DNA of 64,000 nucleotides, taken from an uncultured Candidatus Actinomarina sp. (GTDB taxonomy: Bacteria; Actinomycetota; Acidimicrobiia; Actinomarinales; Actinomarinaceae). The stretch lies in NCBI GenBank assembly GCA_902566515.1, contig CACFIX010000004.1, forward strand, positions 4,092-68,091, written 5' to 3'. Below are positions 39,016 through 47,861 of this stretch, one piece after another (the stretch's first letter is position 1; the number at the start of each line of letters is the position of its first letter). A program made the position numbers and the translations under genes. The notes beneath the pieces were generated by a model, which saw only the letters and a list, made by a program, of their open reading frames with translations, made no database searches and was not told the DNA's origin.

Positions 39016-39618
39016 GTGAGTTATTTATTTGTTGCTTTAAGTTATCTAATTGGTTCTATAAATTTCGCATATTTAGTAGCAAAATATAAAAAATTGGACA
39101 TATCTTCTTCAGGAAGCGGAAATCCTGGGACTTCGAATGTAATGAGAACCATTGGGAAAAAGTATGCCGCAATTGTGTTAATCGGAGATGTATTAAAAGG
39201 CTTTCTTCCAATTTTCATATTTGATGAAAATTTACTTCTGTGTGGATTTGCTGCTGTTATTGGACATATTTATCCAATATTTTATAAATTTAAAGGTGGT
39301 AAAGGGGTTGCAACATACCTAGGCGTGTACATTGCTTTTTCTACACTTAACCCTCTCTCGTATGATTTATTTGAAACTTCTTATTTCTTATTTTTGAATA
39401 TTCCTGTACTTGCAATTTTTTATTTTGTAGTTTTTAAAATTTCTAGAATTTCTGCGATTGCAAGTTTGTTAACTGTATTTATATCCAATCTTATATTATT
39501 GACATCTTTTAATGTTTTTCAAGATCGATTAGTTGTCTTTTTGTTATTTTGGTTAATTGTTTTCAAACACTCTGAAAACATAAAAAGACTTAATGAGGGC
39601 AAAGAAAATAAATTCTAA
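39016..39618 (+). CDS. plsY: Acyl-phosphate:glycerol-3-phosphate acyltransferase
   Basis: YLIGSI, GSGNPGTSNVMR, DVLKG, GHIYP, FKGGKGVAT, HSENIKRL. Confidence 0.93.
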   Translation: MSYLFVALSYLIGSINFAYLVAKYKKLDISSSGSGNPGTSNVMRTIGKKYAAIVLIGDVLKGFLPIFIFDENLLLCGFAAVIGHIYPIFYKFKGGKGVATYLGVYIAFSTLNPLSYDLFETSYFLFLNIPVLAIFYFVVFKISRISAIASLLTVFISNLILLTSFNVFQDRLVVFLLFWLIVFKHSENIKRLNEGKENKF

Positions 39619-39684
39619 AAAAAAGAAAAATAAAAATTAATTAGTTAATATTAAATCAAGTAAACGTTTAGTTGGGACAGGGCA

Positions 39685-40050
39685 ATGGGATCAACACTTG
39701 TATTAATATGTTTAATGTTATCGCTATCGATAGCTGTAATTTTTCCAGAAATGAAATATTCTCAAACTAGCAATACCTCGATTTCTTCAGAATTTGAATA
39801 TATGGTAAGTAAACAACGTAAAGGTTTTTTAATTTTAGGCTTATTAGCACTTCTTACTTTTTTTACCTCTATTCAAACTCTTTCTGTAGGTACATTTGTA
39901 CTTCATCTTTTATTAGATGTAGTTTTTGGTATTTATGCCTATGCATCATTCCAAGTAAGAGCTTCCTTGATACAGATGCAAAATATTAGTTCTGTTGATG
40001 AGGATATTCTTGATCTTGATGAATACGAGTATTTAAAGCAAGCTGTTTAA
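39685..40050 (+). CDS. Hypothetical membrane protein
   Basis: Three hydrophobic segments and an acidic tail; no motif recognised. Confidence 0.6.
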   Translation: MGSTLVLICLMLSLSIAVIFPEMKYSQTSNTSISSEFEYMVSKQRKGFLILGLLALLTFFTSIQTLSVGTFVLHLLLDVVFGIYAYASFQVRASLIQMQNISSVDEDILDLDEYEYLKQAV

Positions 40051-40051
40051 T

Positions 40052-40681
40052 TTGGCCAATTTAGAGTCTAATTTAAATAATCTTTCTGAAACATTTGATA
40101 AATTAAATGAAATCCGAGAGACTTCTCTAACTATATCTAGAGCCATTGTTAGAGATTGTTCAAAGAGCATCAGGTTTATTCATAGAAACGATATAAATGG
40201 TGCTGAGGAATTTATTGATAGTGCAAAAAAGAAAATAACAGAGCTAAAAAAGCTTACTGAAAAAGTATCTGAGATTAGTTTTGCTGGATATGTTCTCGAT
40301 GCTGAGAGAGAGTATGTAGAAGCAGTTCTATTTTATATATATGAATCAAAGGGATACATTGAACCTTTTGAGAAATTTAATGTTCATCCATCAAGTTATA
40401 TTCAGGGAATTGGGGATACTATTGGAGAGTGGAGAAGAAAAGCTTTGGATAATTTAAGAAACTTAGAACTTGTAAAGTCAGAATCTTATCTCAATATTAT
40501 GGAAGAAGGTTTAGGAATTCTAAACGAGCTCGATTATCCAGATGCTTTAACTGGGGGATTAAGAAGATATGCTGATAATGCCAGAGGTACTATTGAAAGG
40601 ACAAGATCTGATATAACAAATGCATTTGTCAATGAGTCATTAAGAAATGATATCTCTAATATAAAGAAAGATGAAATATAA
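40052..40681 (+). CDS. Translin/TRAX-like protein (COG2178 type)
   Basis: All-helical; IRE..L.ISR, REYVEA, Y..GIGD.IGEWRR, LRR..D..R..IERT. Confidence 0.8.
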   Translation: MANLESNLNNLSETFDKLNEIRETSLTISRAIVRDCSKSIRFIHRNDINGAEEFIDSAKKKITELKKLTEKVSEISFAGYVLDAEREYVEAVLFYIYESKGYIEPFEKFNVHPSSYIQGIGDTIGEWRRKALDNLRNLELVKSESYLNIMEEGLGILNELDYPDALTGGLRRYADNARGTIERTRSDITNAFVNESLRNDISNIKKDEI

Positions 40682-41171
40682 ATATATAACTGGAAAAGTT
40701 TTAGAGATTGATCCAAAATCTGGTTGGAAAGACGGTCTGCTTTTAGAAGAAATTTATCCAGACTCTTCTTTTGTTAGTGGTAATAATCCAGAAAGCATGA
40801 TGATGAAACCATTCATAAAAGATAGAAAAGTTTATACAAAATATACATTTGAAAAAAGATTCGAAGGTGGCCCTGGATTGGTACATGGTGGAATTTTATC
40901 AGCTGCTTTAGATGATATGATGGGCTACTCAACAATAATTCATAATAAGTTTGCAGTTACTGCAAATCTTGAAGTTAATTTTCTAATTCCAACACCTGTA
41001 TTAAAAGAATTTGAAATATATGCATGGGTTAAAGATATAGACGGAAAAAAAATTTACACTGAGTCGTTGATCAAGTCAGATGAGCATACTCATGTAGAGT
41101 CTTCTGCAATGTTTATTGATTTAGGATTAGATGCAGCAGAGTTTTTTGCACCAGACAAAAATTATCCATAA
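40671..41171 (+). CDS. PaaI-family hotdog thioesterase
   Basis: EGGPGLVHGGILSAALDDMMG, TANLEVNF. Confidence 0.88.
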   Translation: MKYKYITGKVLEIDPKSGWKDGLLLEEIYPDSSFVSGNNPESMMMKPFIKDRKVYTKYTFEKRFEGGPGLVHGGILSAALDDMMGYSTIIHNKFAVTANLEVNFLIPTPVLKEFEIYAWVKDIDGKKIYTESLIKSDEHTHVESSAMFIDLGLDAAEFFAPDKNYP

Positions 41172-41172
41172 T

Positions 41173-43014
41173 TTAAATTTTTGACATTAAAAAGTGACTC
41201 ATAGACTGAATACTAATCATTGGATTCACACCTGAACAACGAGGGAAGGTAGAAGCATCGACAATATAGACATTGTCTAAACCATGTACTTTTCCATCTA
41301 AATCAACCACACCATGTTCGGGGTTAGGATTGATTCTCGCAGTACCCATTTGATGTGCTGACCCAAGAAGCATTCGATACGGTTCATTTTTTATTAATTC
41401 AACTTTGTTAATAAAGTCTTCGATACTTTCATTTGAAGACTTTTTCCAATGCATCGTAGGTGAACTTGCAACCATAATTTCTTCTGCTCCAGCTAAGTAA
41501 TTAGCCTTTACAAGACTCACTATCCCGTGAATTAAATTAGTGTGATCAAAGTCATTTAACTTATAATCCCATAAATGTTGAGGGTGTTTATTGATTATGT
41601 ATCCAGAACTTGTATCGGATGTCAAAACAATGCTTCCAGACCAATAATTATAACTTTTTATGAATTCACTAAAACTATCTAAATTATTTGGAAAAAACGG
41701 GAAGAAAAGGCTTGGATGCATTGGAAGACCTTCTAATAGGTAACCATAATTATCTTTTAGAAATAAATTATCATCCGAATAAATTCCCTGCATTGTACCT
41801 GCCCATGGTTTTTGTTCTTCTGAAAACTTACCTGCAACACCTGAAACAGGATGAAGTTTTAAATTACGACCAAGATGTCTATTTTTATATCCGCTATCGA
41901 GCAAAATTTTAGGAGTATTTAAGGAACCTGCTGCAAGAATTACCCTGTTAACAGCAATCTCATGTAATGTACCATTATTTTCAACATTAATATGGGTAGC
42001 TTTTCCATTTGATATATTGAGACTTCTAATATTTGTATCACCAAATACATTATTGGGTTCAAATCTTTCTTCTGAAAACCAAATTTTGTTGGAGGAGTTG
42101 ATGCTTTCGTCATAACGACCAAAAGTACTGAAACCTGATTCTGTGCAATCTGCGTTACTTGTATTCCTTGGGATAATTTTATAGTTTAAATTATTCAGCT
42201 CTAACCCCTCAGCCAATTTTTTTTCTTTTTGTGGTATTCGATTATTTTTTATATCAACATTTAATTCCTTGCACACATAATCCATACTGTTTTTAAATTC
42301 GCTGGAATTGAAATAATTAGTTTGTTTGGTTAGTGTATCCCATTCACTCAAAATTTTATCTGGAGTCCTGAGTGAAGTTGTCCAGTTCACACTTGTGCCA
42401 CCACCAATTCCCATTCCAGCTAAAAGTAAAACTTTATACCCTCTTGTTTGTTGAATTCCATAAGTATCGTAAAAGTTGTGATATCCGAATGTTTCATTGT
42501 TGGTCATACCATTTCCGGAACTTCCTTTTTCAAAAATACCTACTTCATATTTTTCATTGAGAACACTAGCTGCGATACCTCCACCGGAACCACTTCCAAT
42601 TACTGCTACTTCAATACTTTTAGGAATTGATATATTCTTCTTTTCAATTTTTGTATTTTTATATATTGGATAATCAAGATGTTTATATACAGATCCCTCT
42701 CCATCAAGAGATCTTGCAGTACTTAATCCAAATAATGCAGTAATACCAGAACCAAGTTTTCTCAATAACGATAAGTTGGAGCTTTGTAGATTTGTCACAA
42801 ATGTTGGAATACTTGAATCCTTTATAAAAATTTTTCTTGCTTTAAAAGAAAATATAAAAAAGACAACTTTAAGCAGTGCAATTTCTGATCTATCAGGAAA
42901 ATTCTCAAGAATAAAATTAAAATACTTTTCAGAGTTTTTTGTTTCTTCTTCGTTGAAATCTGGATACAAACTTGAAAAAATGACCCTAAATGTTTTTGAT
43001 ATTCTTTTATCCAT
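41173..43014 (-). CDS. GMC-family flavoprotein oxidoreductase, long-chain alcohol oxidase-like
   Basis: GSGSGGG, GGGTSVNW, LAAGSLNTP, NLKLHP, SAHQMGT, DASTFP..SGVNPM. Confidence 0.88.
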   Translation of the reverse strand: MDKRISKTFRVIFSSLYPDFNEEETKNSEKYFNFILENFPDRSEIALLKVVFFIFSFKARKIFIKDSSIPTFVTNLQSSNLSLLRKLGSGITALFGLSTARSLDGEGSVYKHLDYPIYKNTKIEKKNISIPKSIEVAVIGSGSGGGIAASVLNEKYEVGIFEKGSSGNGMTNNETFGYHNFYDTYGIQQTRGYKVLLLAGMGIGGGTSVNWTTSLRTPDKILSEWDTLTKQTNYFNSSEFKNSMDYVCKELNVDIKNNRIPQKEKKLAEGLELNNLNYKIIPRNTSNADCTESGFSTFGRYDESINSSNKIWFSEERFEPNNVFGDTNIRSLNISNGKATHINVENNGTLHEIAVNRVILAAGSLNTPKILLDSGYKNRHLGRNLKLHPVSGVAGKFSEEQKPWAGTMQGIYSDDNLFLKDNYGYLLEGLPMHPSLFFPFFPNNLDSFSEFIKSYNYWSGSIVLTSDTSSGYIINKHPQHLWDYKLNDFDHTNLIHGIVSLVKANYLAGAEEIMVASSPTMHWKKSSNESIEDFINKVELIKNEPYRMLLGSAHQMGTARINPNPEHGVVDLDGKVHGLDNVYIVDASTFPRCSGVNPMISIQSMSHFLMSKI

Positions 43015-43064
43015 ATATATATTCTACAGGTAGTTCGTTGACGTACTATTTGTCATAACAAAAT

Positions 43065-44006
43065 TTAAGGATTTAAAATTACAGTATTTCCACCCATTCC
43101 AAAGTGGTTTTCACAATATATATAAAGCTTGGTTGGAGTATCAGAAGTTATTTCAATTTCTATGTATGCTCCTGTAGTTCCTGCAGTTCCACTTGTCATA
43201 ACATTAGAAGAGTATTCACTTCCATTTTGTGTTGCTGAAAATCGCAAAGGGTGTCCAGAATTACTAGAGTCGCTAAGATCAAAACGGTATTTGTTGCCCG
43301 TTGTTACATTTAAAGTAACATCTTGAGTACCATTTAGAAAATATTTATTGACTCCTTGTCCATTATTTGCAACAGTCACACCAATAGTAGTTGTAGTCTG
43401 AGGAACAGTAGTTGTTGTAGTCGTAGTAGTTGTAGTCTGAGGAACAGTAGTTGTTGTAGTCGTAGTAGTTGTAGTCTGAGGAACAGTAGTTGTTGTAGTC
43501 GTAGTAGTTGTAGTCTGAGGAACAGTAGTTGTTGTAGTCGTAGTAGTTGTAGTCTGAGGAACAGTAGTTGTTGTAGTCGTAGTAGTTGTAGTCTGAGGAA
43601 CAGTAGTTGTTGTAGTCGTAGTAGTTGTAGTCTGAGGAACAGTAGTTGTTGTAGTCGTAGTAGTTGTAGTCTGAGGAACAGTAGTTGTTGTAGTCGTAGT
43701 AGTTGTAGTCTGAGGAACAGTAGTAGTTGTTGGGGTATATAAATTTGGTGAATCATCTTCATCAATGGGATAAATCGGCACGGGATAAGTTGTACTTGTT
43801 GTATTGTCACTAATTGGTGACAATTTCACAATTGATGAAACAGGAAATTGATTAAAGAGTGTTGTTGTAGTTGTATCTATTGAAGAATTTAATGACCTAC
43901 TATTTAAGGCATCATTAGTAATCTGTATATCTGTAATTGTTTCTGGATAATCTGAGTTTCCACAGTATATAAGTATAAAAATTAAAAAAAAAGATTTTTT
44001 TATCAT
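43065..44006 (-). CDS. Probable lipoprotein with a Thr-rich repeat stalk and a C-terminal cupredoxin-like domain
   Basis: Signal ending LIYC; nine VPQ-containing Thr repeats; C-terminal SGHPLRF...YIYCENHFGMGG. Confidence 0.8.
   Translation of the reverse strand: MIKKSFFLIFILIYCGNSDYPETITDIQITNDALNSRSLNSSIDTTTTTLFNQFPVSSIVKLSPISDNTTSTTYPVPIYPIDEDDSPNLYTPTTTTVPQTTTTTTTTTTVPQTTTTTTTTTTVPQTTTTTTTTTTVPQTTTTTTTTTTVPQTTTTTTTTTTVPQTTTTTTTTTTVPQTTTTTTTTTTVPQTTTTTTTTTTVPQTTTTIGVTVANNGQGVNKYFLNGTQDVTLNVTTGNKYRFDLSDSSNSGHPLRFSATQNGSEYSSNVMTSGTAGTTGAYIEIEITSDTPTKLYIYCENHFGMGGNTVILNP
43387..43723. repeat. Perfect 39-bp tandem repeat, about 8.6 copies
   Basis: Unit gtagttgtagtctgaggaacagtagttgttgtagtcgta; encodes a 13-aa T10-VPQ unit on the minus strand. 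Confidence 0.97.
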
Positions 44007-44109
44007 GAATCCATTATTTCACACAACAAACTTAAGCTTTAATTTTTAATGTTTAAAAAATACTTTTTGCATGCTCATTACATACACATTTTATTGATAG
44101 AATTTCAGT

Positions 44110-45561
44110 ATGGCCGAAGTTGATAATACTTTTACATCCAGTAAATTAAATAACATTTCTCAATGTCATAGTTCTTATGGAAAAAATAATCAGCTAGCTA
44201 AGCCTAAATTGGATCGTTGGAAAGATTTAAATAATGCAATTATTGATTGGATGAATAATGACGCTATTGAAGAGACTTCTGTAAGAATTGCTGAACAAAA
44301 TAATTTTCAATTCTACGACAAAATTCAAAAAGCAATATTGTCTGATTTATTTACAAGATTTAGAACAATATATCCTAAAAGAGAAGTTGAATTCAATCAT
44401 GATTTTCCGATTAAAGAAATAAATAAAGAAATTAATGGTGAAGAGTATGCTTTAACAACATACTTTACATATGAGTTCATTGACCAGGGCTCTTCTGAAT
44501 TTATAAAATTAAAAACTGCTTTTGATCCCGAACCTGAGTTAATTGATAAAGCTATAATTTCAAAATTAAAAGCAGACAATGAAGATTTTTATACTGCCTC
44601 GATTGAGCGTGAAGACTTAGAAGAAATAGATTTAGTTGATAATCCAGATGAAATTATTGATCAACATTTTGCTATATTAGAAAACTTTTTAAACAATAGA
44701 CAAGCTCGCAATCCAGGTGAATTGTGTAGTAGGGGATGTGATATGGCATCACGCTGTGGTCAATTTCCTTTAATTAATATAGATAAACTTACTAATCGAA
44801 TAAGAGAGGTAAAAATATCAAAGACAAACACTATTAAGTTACAAAATTGTGAAAGAAGAGCTGCCTGGAATGTTCAGTATGGAATACCAAGAGAAGACTA
44901 CATTGAATATGAGTTTGAATCATCAGGAACCAAGTTCCATAACTACTCACAGGAAATGCTCGTTAATAATAACAACTTTACAAATGACGAAGATATTCAG
45001 AGATTTAATAAAATAACTGAAAGTGAAGAATCAATAACACGTGAAAAACTTTTTAGCAAATATAAGGAACTGATTGAAATGTTAAAGCCATATAGTAATT
45101 TATCAATCACAAAGTCCGAATTTAATTTAGGATTCACAATTGTTGCTGATGGTAAAGGTTTAAAAAATGGAGAAGTAGTTGATAAAAAAGTTGCAAGTGT
45201 GTTTATGGGGCGTGCAGATTTAGTTGGACGAGTTGATGGCACTCCGATAATTATTGAACTTAAAACTAGGCCTGAATTATCAGAAGATTTTCTTGAAGCA
45301 CAACTTTATGCCCTAGGTGCGTCAAAATTACTCAATGTTAACGAAATAACAATATTACATATTTATCTGCCGGATGAAGACACGATTATAAAGGAGAGAA
45401 AATTTTCCGAAAGTGAGTTAGAAGAGGCTGAGAAAAAATATGAATCTTTAGCAATCAAATCTGCTTCATGGATTCCTTTTGATGCGTTAAGCCCTGCATA
45501 TAACCTAGGAGACTGGTGTGAATTTTGCGAGTTTAAAAATACCTGTTTAGAAAATAGATAA
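44110..45561 (+). CDS. PD-(D/E)XK nuclease family protein (RecB/AddB/Cas4-like) with two tandem modules
   Basis: C-terminal module: NC..., GTKFH, GRADLV, IIELKT, QLYALG, CEFC.....C; N-terminal module: QC ... IKLKT ... C...C....C. Confidence 0.78.
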   Translation: MAEVDNTFTSSKLNNISQCHSSYGKNNQLAKPKLDRWKDLNNAIIDWMNNDAIEETSVRIAEQNNFQFYDKIQKAILSDLFTRFRTIYPKREVEFNHDFPIKEINKEINGEEYALTTYFTYEFIDQGSSEFIKLKTAFDPEPELIDKAIISKLKADNEDFYTASIEREDLEEIDLVDNPDEIIDQHFAILENFLNNRQARNPGELCSRGCDMASRCGQFPLINIDKLTNRIREVKISKTNTIKLQNCERRAAWNVQYGIPREDYIEYEFESSGTKFHNYSQEMLVNNNNFTNDEDIQRFNKITESEESITREKLFSKYKELIEMLKPYSNLSITKSEFNLGFTIVADGKGLKNGEVVDKKVASVFMGRADLVGRVDGTPIIIELKTRPELSEDFLEAQLYALGASKLLNVNEITILHIYLPDEDTIIKERKFSESELEEAEKKYESLAIKSASWIPFDALSPAYNLGDWCEFCEFKNTCLENR

Positions 45562-45599
45562 GTGTATGTTTAGATGTAAACAAATATATACTTATTAAG

Positions 45600-47861
45600 A
45601 TGGATCTTTCAAAAACACATATTGAGTTAGTTGAAAAAGTGTATGCAAAACTTGAAGATAATATTGCAAAACTAAGATCAAGAAAATCTGACTCATTAAC
45701 TTTGGCAGAGAAAATTCTTTTTGGTCATGCTAGAAACGTTAACGAAGTATCTATGAATAGAGGAGAAGACTTCGGTGATTTCTTGCCTGACAGAGTTGCA
45801 ATGCAAGATGCTACCGCCCAGATGGCTTTACTGCAATTTATGCAGGCTGATCTTCCGAATACTGCAGTTCCCACAACAGTTCACTGTGATCACTTAATTC
45901 AAGCTTATGAAGGTGCAAATAGTGACTTAAAGGTAGCAAATAAGAACCACAAGGAAGTATTTGATTTTTTAAGAACTGCTTCTCAAAAATATAATATTGG
46001 TTTTTGGGGGCCTGGAGCTGGAATCATTCATCAAGTAGTTCTTGAACAGTATGCTTTTCCTGGGGGAATGATGATTGGAACAGACAGTCATACTCCAAAT
46101 GCTGGGGGTATTGGTATGATTGCAATTGGCGTTGGTGGCGCAGATGCTGTAGATGTAATGGCTGGCATGCCCTTTAATACAAAAATACCAAAACTAATCG
46201 GAATAAAATTGACAGGTTCTTTAAGTGGATGGACTTCTCCAAAAGACATTATCTTAAAAGTTGCAGAGATACTTACTGTAAAGGGAGGTACAAATGCAAT
46301 TGTTGAATATTTTGGAGAAGGTACCGAATCAATATCCACAACTGGAAAAGCTACGATAACCAACATGGGTGCTGAAATTGGTGCAACCTGTTCAATATTT
46401 CCATTTGATTCCAAAGGTGAAGAATACTTAATTGCCACGGGAAGATCTGATATTGCAAAACTAGCAAAAAATAATATGCATTTGTTAACAGCTGACCAGG
46501 ACGTTATTGAAAATCCAAAATCATATTTTGATCAAGTTATTGAGATAAACTTAGATTCACTTGTTCCACATATAGTAGGTCCACATACTCCAGATTTAGC
46601 TCGCCCGATAACAGAGTTAAAAGATGATGCTGAAAAAAATAATTATCCTGTAGAAATTTCTAATGCTTTGATAGGATCTTGTACTAATTCATCTTATGAA
46701 GATATAGGTCGTGCAGCATTTATAGCAAGAGAAGCTGCAAAAAAAGGGTTAAAGTCAAAAGTTCCTTTAATGGTTACTCCAGGTTCAGAAGTTACAAGGG
46801 CAACTATTGAAAGAGATGGATATCTTAAAGATTTGGAATCTATTGGAGCTACGGTGTTGGCAAATGCTTGCGGGCCTTGTATTGGTCAGTGGAAAAGAGA
46901 TGATATAGGTGAAGGTGAAATTAATACAATTGTTTCCTCGTATAACAGAAATTTTCCCGCTAGAAATGATGGAAATAAAGAAACACTTTCATTTATTGGC
47001 TCACCAGAGTCTGTAATTGGATTAGCTCTAGGTGGTTCTTTAGATTTTGATTTTTTAAAAGATTCTTTAATCAATGATTCAGGAGAAGAGGTAAAACTAA
47101 CACCTCCTGTTGCAGAAGAGTTGCCTTCAGAAGGATTTGCAAATACACTAGAAGGATTTATTCAACCTGCAAATGGTGATGAAGTAGATGTGAAAATTGA
47201 TCCAAAATCTGAAAGACTCCAGGTTTTAACTCCATTTGATTCATTTGCTCCAAACAATTATTTGGATATGACCGTAATAATGAAAGCTGTTGGCAAGTGT
47301 ACTACAGATCATATTTCGCCTGCTGGAAAATGGTTAAGGTTCAGGGGGCACTTAGAAAACATCTCACAAAATTTATTTATTGGTGTAAATAACGCTTTTA
47401 CCGAAGAGTCCGGAACAGGCATTAATACTTTGAATGATGAAGTGATGACACTTCCAGATCTTGCTAAAGCTTATCATGAGAACTCAGTGAACTGGATTGC
47501 TATTGGGGATGAAAACTATGGCGAAGGTTCTTCCAGAGAACACGCTGCAATGGAACCAAGGTTTAGAGGGTGTAGAGTGGTTTTAGTCAAAAGCTTTGCA
47601 AGAATACATGAAGCAAATTTAAAAAAACAAGGTATCTTGCCTTTAACTTTCTCTGATAAAAATGACTATGAGAAAATTGAACAAAACGACAAAATTACAA
47701 TAACTAACCTTGATGAAATAAGTCCAGGCAGCACTGTTACAGTAACTCTCCAAAAAGAAGATGGTTCCTCAGTTGACATTACTGCTAATCATTCTCTTTC
47801 GGATGAGCAAATAAAATGGTTTGAAAGTGGTTCAGCTTTAAATCACATAAAAGATAATTAA
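45600..47861 (+). CDS. acn: Aconitate hydratase, mitochondrial-type
   Basis: DRVAMQDATAQMA, HCDHLI, GTDSHTPNAGG, GSCTNSSYED, NACGPCIGQW, GEGSSREHAA. Confidence 0.95.
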   Translation: MDLSKTHIELVEKVYAKLEDNIAKLRSRKSDSLTLAEKILFGHARNVNEVSMNRGEDFGDFLPDRVAMQDATAQMALLQFMQADLPNTAVPTTVHCDHLIQAYEGANSDLKVANKNHKEVFDFLRTASQKYNIGFWGPGAGIIHQVVLEQYAFPGGMMIGTDSHTPNAGGIGMIAIGVGGADAVDVMAGMPFNTKIPKLIGIKLTGSLSGWTSPKDIILKVAEILTVKGGTNAIVEYFGEGTESISTTGKATITNMGAEIGATCSIFPFDSKGEEYLIATGRSDIAKLAKNNMHLLTADQDVIENPKSYFDQVIEINLDSLVPHIVGPHTPDLARPITELKDDAEKNNYPVEISNALIGSCTNSSYEDIGRAAFIAREAAKKGLKSKVPLMVTPGSEVTRATIERDGYLKDLESIGATVLANACGPCIGQWKRDDIGEGEINTIVSSYNRNFPARNDGNKETLSFIGSPESVIGLALGGSLDFDFLKDSLINDSGEEVKLTPPVAEELPSEGFANTLEGFIQPANGDEVDVKIDPKSERLQVLTPFDSFAPNNYLDMTVIMKAVGKCTTDHISPAGKWLRFRGHLENISQNLFIGVNNAFTEESGTGINTLNDEVMTLPDLAKAYHENSVNWIAIGDENYGEGSSREHAAMEPRFRGCRVVLVKSFARIHEANLKKQGILPLTFSDKNDYEKIEQNDKITITNLDEISPGSTVTVTLQKEDGSSVDITANHSLSDEQIKWFESGSALNHIKDN

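Noticed and set aside
43387-43723. CRISPR array
   Set aside because: The units are directly adjacent and identical with no unique spacers, and they keep the frame of a coding sequence.
43356-43810. Cys/Ser-rich 128-aa (+) and Leu/Gln-rich 144-aa (-) ORFs
   Set aside because: Alternative-frame shadows of the tandem repeat, which happens to lack stops in those frames.
44110-45561. cas4 as part of a CRISPR-Cas locus
   Set aside because: No cas1, cas2, effector genes or array in the window; only the nuclease fold is shared.
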